Source of the DNA: Octopus sinensis
Taxonomy: Eukaryota
DNA length: 29,903 nucleotides
Direction of reading: 5' to 3'
Assembly: GCF_006345805.1 (NCBI RefSeq)
Contig: NW_021832877.1
Location: 1 to 29,903, forward strand
The position numbers were made by a program, and so were the translations under genes. Under the pieces are notes generated by a model. The model did no database searches, was not told the origin of the DNA, and saw nothing but the letters and a program-made list of their open reading frames with translations. How positions within the stretch are numbered: the first letter of the stretch is position 1; every line of letters begins with the position of its first letter. Of the stretch, positions 1 through 11,374 are shown piece after piece.

Positions 1-79
1 TAATAATAATAAAACAATAATAATAATAATATAATGATAATAATAATAATATATAATAATGATAATGATGATGATAATA

Positions 80-132
<53 letters not shown>

Positions 133-152
133 GATGATGATGGTATTAATAA

Positions 153-183
<31 letters not shown>

Positions 184-186
184 ATA

Positions 187-247
<61 letters not shown>
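1..247. repeat. (TAA)n/(TGA)n microsatellite; on the minus strand it is the (ATT)n tail of the adjacent LINE 3' end
   Basis: Direct reading of the trinucleotide array. It abuts AATAAAGAAACG (minus strand, 248-259) of the LINE-like 3' end. Confidence 0.95.
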
Positions 248-575
248 CGTTTCTTTATTGGTCACGGGGAGTCGAACACAAAACAAATAGAGACAATACA
301 AAACGGGGGGAGGCGTGGGTTTTGCACTAAAATCGAGTAAACAATAAAATAGGAATCGCAACAATAAAATTCTCCAAACGGGAGAGGTTCTCACAGGGAA
401 AACCGAGGAACCCCGCATATTCTAGGTATCCCGACCATCAGATGCACCTCAGTAGGCGCCTTTCTTTCATTCACACTAGCCATCCTCGTCACATGCACCA
501 ACCTTTCAACAAATTGTCTGGTGGGTGCGGGAAACTTGAAAAACTTGATGAGGGCATGGCTGTCTTCAGTCATGT
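248..575 (-). mobile_element. 5'-truncated 3' end of a non-LTR retrotransposon, probably Tx1/L1 clade
   Basis: Minus frame reads ...MTEDSHALIKFFKF..RQFVERLVHVTRMASVNERK, resembling from memory the ORF2 C-terminus of octopus Tx1-like LINEs. It is followed by a T-rich 3' UTR, AATAAA and an (ATT)n tail. Clade call not verified by search. Confidence 0.5.
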
Positions 576-611
576 AAGCGACTGTCTCCGGTGCCAGTCG
601 CTTACATGAAT

Positions 612-741
612 TCCGGTACTCAATTAGTACTTGTTTTATCGACCCTAAAGTGTTGGAAAGCATCGTTAACGTCGGCGGAATTCGAACTTATAATGTAAAA
701 TCAGATGAAATGCCACAAAGGATTTTGTCCGGTGCGGCAAC
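612..741 (-). mobile_element. Diverged SINE family A fragment (head plus central domain, own tail missing)
   Basis: Reverse complement ...aagttcgaattccgccgacgttaacgatgctttccaacactttagggtcgataaaacaagtact... aligns by eye with family A copies at 25731 and 28914 (B box gagttcaaattcc; core ggtcgactttgcctttcatcctttcggggtcgataaattaagtacc). Confidence 0.7.
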
Positions 742-1693
742 ATAGAAAAAAAAAGGACGAGGGAGAAAGCGAAATATAAATGGGAAGGTGTTAGGGGAGT
801 CTGACAGAAGTGGGAGGTGGGAATAAGAATGCAATAAATTTTTTTATAATTAAAACCAAATAGAATAAAAGAATTTAAAGGAAATATAAAGTAAACAAAT
901 AAATATAGAATATAAAAATAAAGAAATGAAAATGGTGAGAAGTAGAAGAATCATTCCAAGCGATACATATCACGGTATTTTCGAGAATCTTCAAATGCAG
1001 CAAAATATATCGTCAGTGATCAGGTCGCAATTCGGAGCGACGAAAATTTTGACGCCATATTAGAAATAAATATTTAAGCGAGTCTCACTGTTTCAGTGTC
1101 TCTGCATAACTAACTTGCGTCTTCCACGCATTAATAGCTCTAGTTTCAGTACATAACTCCAGTTGAAAACACTTGTTATGTAAGTACATCTCCGTAACAA
1201 GGGCCAAAAAAAAAACAATAAAATAAAATTTAAAAAAAAACCTGGGATCAGCAGATGATTTTTTACAAAAAAAATTTCAGATCTATTCATTTGTTTATGC
1301 TGAGAGAAGAATTTGAAGAATTAACGAAATAATGTTTGTTATTTAAACTTATTATGGTGTTAAAGAATCTTCTGAGAAAATTTATCACAAATTAATTTTT
1401 TTCTTTTTGTTGCTCTTCTACTCTGATTTTTTTAATATTAGATCGACTACATTTTGAGAACCATGTGGCGCTTTTCTCCCAGAGTTGGAGAGATTTCAGT
1501 TCTTCTTTTTCACAGTCCTCTCAGTGTTTCTTCTATTTAAATGCTGATCGTTGAGACTCAAGTTCAAAGATGTTCTTTTAAAATAATCTTGCAGAATTTT
1601 GGGTGAAACAAGAAATATTTGTGGACGATTTGCACTTCCATATTTTAGGTTAGGAGAATGAAGTCACCATATTATTATCATATATACTCTGTA

Positions 1694-1999
1694 CTTATTA
1701 TTTGTAAGCCTAGTACTTATTCTATCGGTCTCTTTTGCCGAACCGCTAAGTTACGGGGACGTAAACAAACCAGCATCGGTTGTCAAGCGATGTTGGGGGA
1801 CAAACACAGACACACAAACATTTAACACAGACATACACATACGACGGGCTCCTTTCAGTTTCCGTCTACCAAATCCACTCACAAGGCTTTGGTCGGCTCG
1901 AGGCTATAGTAGAAGACACTTGCCCAAGGTGCCACGCAGTTGGACTGAACCCGGCACCATGTGGTTGGTAAGCAAACTACTTACTACACAGCCACTCCT
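1694..1999 (-). mobile_element. SINE family B (tRNA-derived head, internal microsatellite), 3'-truncated
   Basis: Reverse complement matches the plus copies at 11375 and 12088 (aggagtggctgtgtggtaagtag... gggttcagtcc... ccttgggcaagtgtcttc... gtagacggaaactgaaag... gcggttcggcaaaagagaccgatag). Confidence 0.92.
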
Positions 2000-2030
2000 T
2001 TATAACAAATATCATTTAAATAAGTATATC

Positions 2031-2068
<38 letters not shown>

Positions 2069-2120
2069 GAGAGAGATAGTAGATACGTAGATAGATAGAT
2101 AGATACAGATAGATAGATAG

Positions 2121-2203
<83 letters not shown>
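2031..2203. repeat. Compound (TA)n-(GA)n-(GATA)n microsatellite
   Basis: Direct reading. Confidence 0.95.
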
Positions 2204-2204
<1 letters not shown>

Positions 2205-2845
2205 ATTTCAAATAAGTTTCAATTCAAACTTTGTTGCGAGTCTTATTAATTTGTTCCTTATTTACATATCTACGCCCCCAATCTAACGAACCCCGTTCGG
2301 AAACAAAATGTTGCCACGCCTTCTTCAAGACGCAACGTGTAATACAATTAGACTCGTGTACGATGTACTAAGAGTTTGTTCAGGTGGAACGAAATTTCTA
2401 TCGTCCAACCAGAGTAGCAGGAGTGGCTTGTTACTGGCTCTCAGTTTTGATCAAGTAGGTAGTGACCAGATAAATTGTTGCCCCAAGGAGTGTTGCACTC
2501 ATTAACCAACATAATTTCAAGTTTCAACAACATAGATATACGCATAAGATGAAAACAATCTTGCTATTTCTGGAGTTTTCTATTTTCTATTTGCCTCTAA
2601 GCTCTCTTATAAAAGATTGGCGCAACTTTTGTAGAGATTTCAGTGCATTTATATTTCTGTTAGAATCTTTATGATATTCAAACCAAATAAACATTAGGGC
2701 TATAATTCCATTTCATATTCCAATAACGTCTCGATTAATTGTTGCTATGATTCCATCCACCTATCCACCCATCCATCCATATATATATATACACACATGG
2801 CGGAAAAAAAAAGCAATAGAGGGCATTAAGACGTTCGGACAGATA

Positions 2846-3064
2846 TATTTCTTTATTGCCCACAAGGGGCTAAACATAGAGGGGACAGACAAAGGGATTA
2901 AGTCAATTACATAGACTCCAGTGCGTAACTAGTACTTAATTTATCGACCCCGAAAGGATGAAAGGCAAAGTCAACCTCGGCGGAATGTGAACTCACAACG
3001 TAACGGCAGACGAAATGCGGCTGCGCATTTCGCCCGGCGTGCTAACGTTTCTGCCAACTCGCCG
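2846..3064 (-). mobile_element. Full-length SINE family A (tail type 1) with 14-bp target-site duplication
   Basis: tRNA-like A and B boxes on the minus strand. Perfect TSD cgttcggacagata at 2832-2845 and 3063-3076. Confidence 0.93.
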
Positions 3065-3259
3065 TTCGGACAGATAGACGACACAAAGGCGGACAAGAGA
3101 AACAACAATTAGAAGGACGGGCAAAAAAAAAAGACGTGTCATTCATGGGATTCGTTCATCAGACAAGTACCAAAAGCCCCGACCATTTCGGACAGAGTTT
3201 TGCATTTCTTTCATAAATATCTCTAAAAAAATCTCATAACTTCTGTAATGCATCTCTCT

Positions 3260-3491
3260 TATTTCTTTACTACCCACAAGGGGTTAAACACAGAGAGGAC
3301 AAAACAAGGACAGACAAAGTGGTTAAGTCGATTAGATCAACCCCAGTATGCAACCGGTACTTAATTTATCGACCCCGAAAGGGGGAAAGGCAAAGTCGAC
3401 CTCGGCGGAATTTGAACTCAGAACGTAGCGGCAGACGAAATACCGCTTAGCATTTCGCCCGGCGTGCTAGCGTTTCTGCCCGCTCGCCGCC
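3260..3491 (-). mobile_element. Full-length SINE family A (tail type 1) with degenerate 20-bp TSD
   Basis: Matches the other A copies. Flanks cttctgtaatgcatctctct (3240-3259) and cttctgaaatgcgtctatct (3491-3510) differ at 3 positions. Confidence 0.92.
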
Positions 3492-4436
3492 TTCTGAAAT
3501 GCGTCTATCTGGCTGCGTATTTCATATGGCTTGGTAGGTTTTTATAATGGCCTTCTGTCTCCAAGCGATCTCCAGGCTCTGATCATATGGTGTGTTCTAT
3601 TTGAAAATCAGAAAAAGAAAAGAGAAGAAAGCAAGAAGGTTGATGAATCTCTTTTAGTATTTGTATACGATTGAGCCATTCTCAATGTGTTTGCGGTTGT
3701 GATTTGGGCAGCTATATATAATACTGCAATAGAAAGCATAAACAGAAAACAAAAATGATGTACAATTAAATTGTCATTGACAAGGATGGTTTTGAGACAT
3801 TCTATGGTAATTAAAAAAAAATTATTTATGTGTTTGGAGGAATCAATATTGGAGCAGAGATTTCGACTGGTGTATGTGTTTTATACTGTTGGTTGGTGAT
3901 GGATGTAAACATGGCTTTCGAAGACTGTTCGTCAAGGATGAAAAAGAAGTAGATTTAAAATTTATTAATTTTTCTGCAACTGCCGTTTGACATAAGAATG
4001 GTGGACGGTGTAGAGGTTGTAAGATAATAATTGTTGGTTTGCAAGATCATAAATTTGAGGCTTTATTTATAGATGAAGAGTAAATCTATGTGTTTACTAG
4101 TAGATGTCATAAGTTGGGTGGGGCTTGAACGGAGAATGATGGACAACGATGGTGCGCCGTAAATCTGTAAACAAAATCTCACAGGCGGGCTATGCATAGA
4201 GGTAGTATGTACAAGTATAAGTCAATACACATACACACAATCATATGCAGATATATATGTGCCTGTGTACGTGTATTAGTGTGTGTTTATGTGTGCGTGT
4301 GTGTGTGTAGCAGTTCTGACCTAAATATCTGGAGAAGAGTTACTGAGAACAAGAGTATAGCGCAAGAGTTTATGGACCAGTCGAAAAAGCAATACTCTGC
4401 AATATATGTATGGATATATATATATATATTATATAT

Positions 4437-4475
<39 letters not shown>

Positions 4476-4545
4476 TGATAAAAATGGTAAGACAACAAAA
4501 GAAAAAAAGAGACCTCGATATTATGTAAAGGGAGGAATTTATCTG

Positions 4546-4760
4546 ATCTGTAAATATAATATGTGACAATTATTTGGTAGCCATGATAAAACTTCAAGTT
4601 TCGGAAGCCGAGGTGGAAATCCACGCCGCCATCTCTTCAGTTATCCGGCCATCGGAAAAATACCGATGGCTGCATGACAAAAGAGATGCACACCTCGACA
4701 TCCGAAACTTGGAGTTTTATCTTGGCTACCGAATAATTGTCACATATCACATTTACAGAT
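4546..4760. mobile_element. About 215-bp fold-back (palindromic) MITE-like element
   Basis: Arms 4546-4615 and 4691-4760 pair at 63/70 positions. Inner stems catctctt/aagagatg and gccatcgg/ccgatggc close a 7-nt loop at 4656-4662. No clear TSD, so the class is inferred. Confidence 0.7.
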
Positions 4761-4919
4761 ATATATAGAGAGAGAGAACTAAGAGATATAACCTCCATAA
4801 AGTAATTCAATTAATACTGAAAGATATATTAATCTAAATATGTTATTATTAACGTTGTATTAAAAATTTCTACACATTATAACTACTTTATTATTACATA
4901 AACATAACATATATATATG

Positions 4920-4953
<34 letters not shown>

Positions 4954-5508
4954 ATATATATATATATATAATAATATATATATATATATATATATAATAC
5001 AGGATAAATGTGTATGTGTGTGTGTGCGTGTGTTTGTGCGTATGTATACATACAAGACACATGTGTACATGTATGTGCAGGGCGATACAAATGTAATGTA
5101 TGTGTGTAAGAAGTAACGCATAAATATAACGAGGAACAATTGCTGGAAATGAATATTTGCAATATCACTGATATTCTCTCCCTTTATTTTTTCAAATATA
5201 GTTTGCTCTATTCATCCCTTATAGTGCAGTCTACAAGACACGACACACTCTATATCGGAGTATTTTTTAATAAGTGAACTTTCGTTTTGGGAAGATGACA
5301 CACAATTACACACGTGCGTGCGCGCACACACACACACACATATCTATAAATATATAGAGAGAGAGAAAGATAGACAGACAGATTGATGAACAGACAGGCA
5401 GACAGTCAGGCAGATAATGAATTTGCATTCAGACGACTATTTTCGTCAGGGAAAAATTTATGAACAGATTTTTTTCCATGATTTGATGTTTATATATATA
5501 TATATATA

Positions 5509-5860
5509 ATAATAAATATTAGGGAATGAATCCAAAATTACAGGGAAAAATCAGATTTAGGGTTAAATCCAATTTATAGTAAAATATTATATAATATAAT
5601 TCGAGACAAAACCACTATTTTAAAACCAAACAAGGAAAGACTTAATCAATACATAAAATTTTAATATAAATTAAATAAACCGCCACTACAAAAGTTTCAT
5701 GTCTGCTACCGACAATCTTCAGGTGGATTTTCGATCTTCTAATCAGTATCAAATTTGTAGTGGCGTTTATTTATTTATTTAAAAAATTTTATGTATTGAT
5801 TAAGTCTTTCTTGTTTGGTTTTAAAATAGTGGTTTTGTCTCGAATTATATTATATTATAT
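5509..5860. mobile_element. Non-autonomous element with about 100-bp internal inverted repeats, embedded in (TA)n
   Basis: Arms 5589-5692 and 5754-5855 are reverse complements around a 61-nt loop. The 5' part (ataataaatattaggga...acagggaaaaatcagat) recurs at 19228. Confidence 0.7.
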
Positions 5861-5950
5861 ATCTATATATATATATGCATACACAGAAGCATACACACAT
5901 GTGTGTATATACGTAGTTACACACACATACACACACATATCATATATGTG

Positions 5951-5989
<39 letters not shown>

Positions 5990-6108
5990 GTTATATATAC
6001 ATATATGTATAAGTATACATATAATATATGTATGTGTATGTATATTATATATAAATTTGTCTCAGTTTGTATTTTTTTCCACATATAATATATTAATATA
6101 ATATATAA

Positions 6109-6148
<40 letters not shown>

Positions 6149-6160
6149 TATAATAAATAT

Positions 6161-6191
<31 letters not shown>

Positions 6192-6195
6192 TATA

Positions 6196-6235
<40 letters not shown>

Positions 6236-6264
6236 CATATATTATATATAATACATACACATAT

Positions 6265-6299
<35 letters not shown>

Positions 6300-6313
6300 C
6301 ATATATAATAAAT

Positions 6314-6373
<60 letters not shown>

Positions 6374-6388
6374 ATACTATACACACAA

Positions 6389-6427
<39 letters not shown>

Positions 6428-6489
6428 TATAAATATATATAATATATATATATACACATATATATTAATAAATATATATATATATTATA

Positions 6490-6529
<40 letters not shown>

Positions 6530-6538
6530 CATACACAC

Positions 6539-6596
<58 letters not shown>

Positions 6597-6620
6597 TATG
6601 TATGTGTATATGTATGGATA
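5861..6620. repeat. Long compound (TA)n/(CA)n/(TG)n microsatellite block
   Basis: Direct reading. Source of the YI-repeat pseudo-ORFs. Confidence 0.95.
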
Positions 6621-6939
6621 TATAAATGTGGTGTGTGCGTGCATATTAACCATATGTCGGAGGTCAAATACTAAGTTGAACGTGTCATATACGACAAATT
6701 ATTTCTCGTTCCATAAAGTTATTGGTCGGTATTTTAAGCTCATCCTGAACAGAATGTTGCTAACTCGCTGTCGTCGTCGTTGCCGTCGTTGGTGACGTTG
6801 TCGTTGCTATCGCCGCCGCCGCCATCTTAGTATGTGTTTGTCTCACTTTCCCCCCACCCGCCCCCACTTTCTTTGCAGCACCGCTGTTGTGCTGTGCGTG
6901 TGTGACGTTAGTTTGCATTGGTTTTTGTGGCGGCAGTAG

Positions 6940-7182
6940 TGATGATGATGATGATGATGATAATGATGATGATTGTGATGATGATGATGATGATGACGAC
7001 GACGACGATGGTGATGATGATGATGACAATGATAATAATAAGAATGTTGATGATGATGGTGATGATGATGATGATGATGATGATGATAATGATGATGATG
7101 ATGATGATGATTATAATGACGATGATGATGATGATGACAATGATGATAATGATGATGATGACAATGATAATAATGAGAATGT

Positions 7183-7230
<48 letters not shown>

Positions 7231-7275
7231 CGATGACGATGATGATGATGACAATGATAAAAATGAGAATGTTGG

Positions 7276-7319
<44 letters not shown>

Positions 7320-7439
7320 GTGATGATAATGATGATGATGGTGATGATAATGATGATGATGATGATGATGATTATGATGATGATGGTGATGATGACAATG
7401 ATAAAAATGAGAATGTTGGTGATGATGATGGTGATGATA

Positions 7440-7472
<33 letters not shown>

Positions 7473-7475
7473 ATG
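6940..7475. repeat. (GAT)n array with a higher-order unit gacaatgataa(t/a)aat(a/g)agaatgttg repeated 4 times
   Basis: The unit recurs near 7025, 7160, 7250 and 7395. Confidence 0.92.
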
Positions 7476-7956
7476 GTGGTGGTCCTCGTCGTCGTCATAG
7501 TCGTGGTGGCGTTGCCGGTGGTGGCAGCAGCGGAGTAGTTGTGTGCCGATATTGATTTTAATTGCGGTTAAATTTTTTTTCTTCTTTTAATGTAATATTT
7601 CAATAATAAAGATTAACCACGTCATAAACATAAACCTCTTAAAACTTGTGTCTTTCGTCTTTAGTCTTTTTTTTATTTTTTATTTTCTTTTATTTTTTTT
7701 TCATTGAGCACAATTTTATAAAATGGCTGCTCTTTTTTTTATCGATTAACGTTCTTCTTCTGTGTCGGTCGATTTATTTCAATGCCTTTGTTTTATATAT
7801 TTCTTTCTTGTAGACGTTGTTGTTCTTTTAATTTTCGCTTTTAATCAAACCTTAGTCAATCCGCATTGACCGGGATTATGCTTAAATCTATTCCAGCCGT
7901 GGCCCTCCCTCTTTTTCTCAGGACACTTTTGAGCACTAAGTCACACATTACTATAT

Positions 7957-8250
7957 CACGTGATCACGTGACCGACCAAACCAAACACATCGCTGGTCAC
8001 AATGCACTTCACATTGTTTTAGCCTTCGAACGACGCCACTCCGCTGACTAAGCGAGCAGGCCAACAGAAGAAAGAGTGAAAGAAACAGTGGTGAAAGAGT
8101 ACAGCAGGGATCACCACTCCCTGCCGGAGCCTCTTTGGAGCTTTTAGGTGTTTTCGCTCAATAAACACACACAACGCCCGGTCTGGGAATCGAAACCGCG
8201 TTCCTACGACCGCGAGTCCGCTGCCCTAACCAGTGGGCCATTGCGCCTCC
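7957..8250 (-). mobile_element. Full-length SINE family C (tRNA-Arg-like head), short-tail form, 15-bp TSD
   Basis: Minus strand starts ggaggcgcaatggcccactggttagggcagcggactcgcggtcgtaggaacgcggtttcgattcccag (A and B boxes) and ends ggtcacgtgatcacgtga. Perfect TSD cacacattactatat at 7942-7956 and 8250-8264. Confidence 0.92.
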
Positions 8251-8461
8251 ACACATTACTATATGGATATCTTAAATGCCAAGCGAAAAGTCCTGCAGTT
8301 GTCATCTCTGCCCACCCCGTTACTTGGGGTTGCGCGCAATCCGATCAGTTGGTTTTCCCTTGACTGTGTATAAATTTGTACCACATAAACACTTACACCC
8401 ATTCATACACAAATATACATATACATTCGCTGCTTTCTTCCAAGGAATCTACTGCTCTTAG

Positions 8462-8788
8462 CTTGCGGAAAGTGTAACCTCTCGAAGGAGCTGTTCTTCA
8501 CTCCTGCTCTAGAGCGTCGGCTGCGGGGTCATTCCGAAATGCTCTATCTGCGACGATTTCATCTCAATCGAAGGAGAGGGGCTTTCTCCGTCCGGGTTGC
8601 GGATCCGTGGAATAAGCTGCCGGACGAGATGGTGAAGATGCTGACGACCGCTCGGTTCAAATCTGTCTGGACCAGAAATGGCCTGAACTCTTTACATGAA
8701 CACCACTCTGTACATAACTCCATGTCCCCCTACATGGCCTTGCTTTTTTTGCTTTTTGAGCCCAAAAATTAACTAACTAACTAACTAA
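8462..8788 (+). mobile_element. 5'-truncated CR1-like LINE 3' end (ORF2 C-terminus, 3' UTR, (TAAC)n tail)
   Basis: Reads LRGHSEMLYLRRFHLNRRRGAFSVRVADPWNKLPDEMVKMLTTARFK, then after a 1-nt frameshift CLDQKWPELFT*. This matches the CR1/L2 RGH...FS.RV...WN.LP...FK..LD motif. (TAAC)4 tail at 8770-8785. Confidence 0.88.
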
Positions 8789-9544
8789 ATACAGCTTCAT
8801 TTAATATTAGGTGAGGGTTATTGTCTTAATCGATCTGAATGGCGTAAAATGTGTCATAATGCATCTGAACAATTTCTGTTGAAGAAACAGGACAATAAAA
8901 AAAAAGGGCCTGCAATCGTCAGACACATTTGTCCAATCCCAGGCAAAATCGAAATCATTGAGTATCCACATTGTGTGTCCTCAACGCAGTTTCTTTTATT
9001 TTTAATCCTTTTTTACATTCTTTCTGTCAAACACTCATATTTCAACATCGACGAGAGCAACCATCACAATACATGGTACAGAACTGAAATTTTAAGTTAT
9101 CGAAAGAGAACAATTCACTCTGCTGATACTTAAAGAATCGGACTTGACAAAGCACAAGCATAGATCTATGCATTACAAAATGTTCTGGGTTCCTCATAAT
9201 TTTTCTATTCTTCAGATCAGTTTCAGGAAACCAATTCTAAAAGTATGTCTCCTGCAAAACACAAGCAAGCTTACCAGTGCATCTAATTGTTCTCTAAAAC
9301 GTGAGGATGTTATTGCAAGGATTTTCTGGCTTCTATTTCCATGAGATCAAGGGGCAACATAGGGGCCTTTCATTAGTTCTATTCCTTTACGATGTGATTT
9401 TTTAGGGGCTCCCTCATTAATTTATATATGGTGCAGTTAAAAGGCATAGGGTTTTGGTGACTAACAAGTTTAAACATTTTGTTTTCATATCTAATATTTT
9501 CATGAACAAAGAAATGGGATCGGCGAAAATATTTTCTTTTTTGT

Positions 9545-10065
9545 TTGTTCTTTTACGTAATTTATTCGTTGAACTGCGACCATGATGGGGCACTTCCTTG
9601 GAACCTTTAGTCATACAAATCGATCACAGTTGAAGTACAGCCTGGTACTTACTTTATCGGCTGTTTTTTGCCGAACTGTTAAGTTATGCTGGAAGAAACT
9701 AACCAACACTCTTTAACCATGTGTTGGTGCGTCAAAGATAAAGACACGCATATGCACACACACACACATACATAAGTATGCACACACACACACACGCACA
9801 GAAATATATATATATAAATATATATTCATTGAGAGAGAAAGAGAGAGAGAGAGAGTGAGAGAGGTAGACAGACTGAAATATACTGACAGACACACATGCA
9901 GATACAGAACCGGCTTCCATACAATATTATCCTCTGCCAAATTGACTCCCCAAGGATTGGTCAGCCCACGGTTATAGCAGAAGGCAACTGTCCACTTGTG
10001 GCTCAATGATTAAAGTTGTTGCTACGTGGTTAGAGAACGAAGTATTTAACCACGTAGCTTTGCCT
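9545..10065 (-). mobile_element. Old, diverged full-length SINE family B with internal (CA)/(TA)/(GA) microsatellite
   Basis: Tail (gtgccccatcatggtcgcagttc), middle (aacagttcggcaaaaaacagccgataaagtaagtacc) and head are recognisable against the copies at 11375 and 12088. Confidence 0.7.
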
Positions 10066-11374
10066 TTCTGATACACTTCCACTGACAACAAAGTCACTAC
10101 ATACAAACCCGAATGCTTTGCACACAAGAGGTATATACACCAAAGATTATAAGAGGTATACTTAACTATTTTAGCTACAACTGCGTTTATAAATTCAATG
10201 AATTTATTGGATATATAACAATCTTAAATGTGTTATTTTTATACCATCCCAACATGAATATTAGAAGAGGGCATGGTTGGAACACAGCGTTTTAACTATT
10301 TCTACGCTTAGATTACTAATCGGCATTACAGTTATATAATCGGCATTATAGAGCGGTAGCTCTAGTAGGTCTCTGTTTTAGAGACCACTGGAACAGTGCA
10401 TAAGCACAATAAAGTCGTATGTATTTAACTTACAAACCCAGTGGTAATTATAGTCATCGGGAATACCGCAGAGGAAATTTTAGAATGAAAAATAAACACT
10501 GCTGCCGTGTCAATATTTTACAGAATGCATGCATGACTGTTAATTTCATTACATAACTTGACTAAATAGACACATTAGTGAATTTTGCTTTTTGATGCTG
10601 CTCTGTACTACAGAGTAAATCTATTGAGTTTAACCAATAATAGACGACGGTTCTAAAGCCCGTATCTTTATATAGAATATCTTCGTAGAAATAAATATTA
10701 GATATAGATATTTTATATAGGCAAGGTGTTTACAACCGTCTGTTACAGTGTTGGCATAAATCTATAGATGCACTATAAAGTATAGAATAACATTGAAATT
10801 TAACTTTGTCTATTGTATTCCTCACAACTTTGTTTCAATATTATTCATGTGAGTCAGACATCTCAATGTTTATGTCTTTATTACCCATTCTTAGCATTAT
10901 TTTGGTAAATATAATTGACAGCACGTAAGGGAAAGCGTATCATCCACAGTCAAAGCACAGTTCTTTCTTACTTACAAAATATTCTGAACATAAATCTATT
11001 GATTCTACGAATAATTTCGATAATATTCTTTGAAAAACAACCCTACTATAAGCATAGCAAAATACAATATTTTTTTTAAAAATGTGTTTTCTGTTGTTCT
11101 CTAGCAAATCAACTTTGAACGAACAAGTCTCGGAATTCAGGCATTCCTGCTGTTACCAACCAGAATTGTATTCAGAAACACCAAATCTCTAACGAATACT
11201 ATACAGTCTCCCCTCCGGGGTTAGTCAGTATTGTAAATTACCCAGGAAAAGTAGAATAAATCGTTCAGACCAGCAAATAAAATAATAAATTTCTTGGTGA
11301 ACCCAAAGATGTTACTGTCACTCTAAGTCAACACCATGACATCTGAAGTTTCTTTACAAAACAATAAAAATATA

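Noticed and set aside
3187-3196. Third ttcggacaga copy near the 14-bp TSD of the 2846 SINE
   Set aside because: Only 10 bp, with no associated element boundary.
3522-3724. Strong minus-strand acceptors (near 3597 and 3725) and a possible terminal exon NTPYDQSLEIAWRQKAIIKTYQAI*
   Set aside because: The linking donor (GTATAC) is weak, the peptide is unrecognised, and I could not build a consistent minus-strand exon chain.
6908-7538. Poly-Met (plus) and poly-Ile (minus) ORFs
   Set aside because: Alternative frames of the (GAT)n array with no supporting signals.
7957-8250. tRNA-like A/B boxes in SINE heads as possible tRNA genes
   Set aside because: No complete cloverleaf; embedded in TSD-flanked repeats with non-tRNA bodies.
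11105-11219. Plus-strand exon-like segment (good acceptor, donor GTTAGT; QINFERTSLGIQAFLLLPTR...)
   Set aside because: No recognisable homology and it does not fit the phase-2 set; indistinguishable from chance without transcripts.
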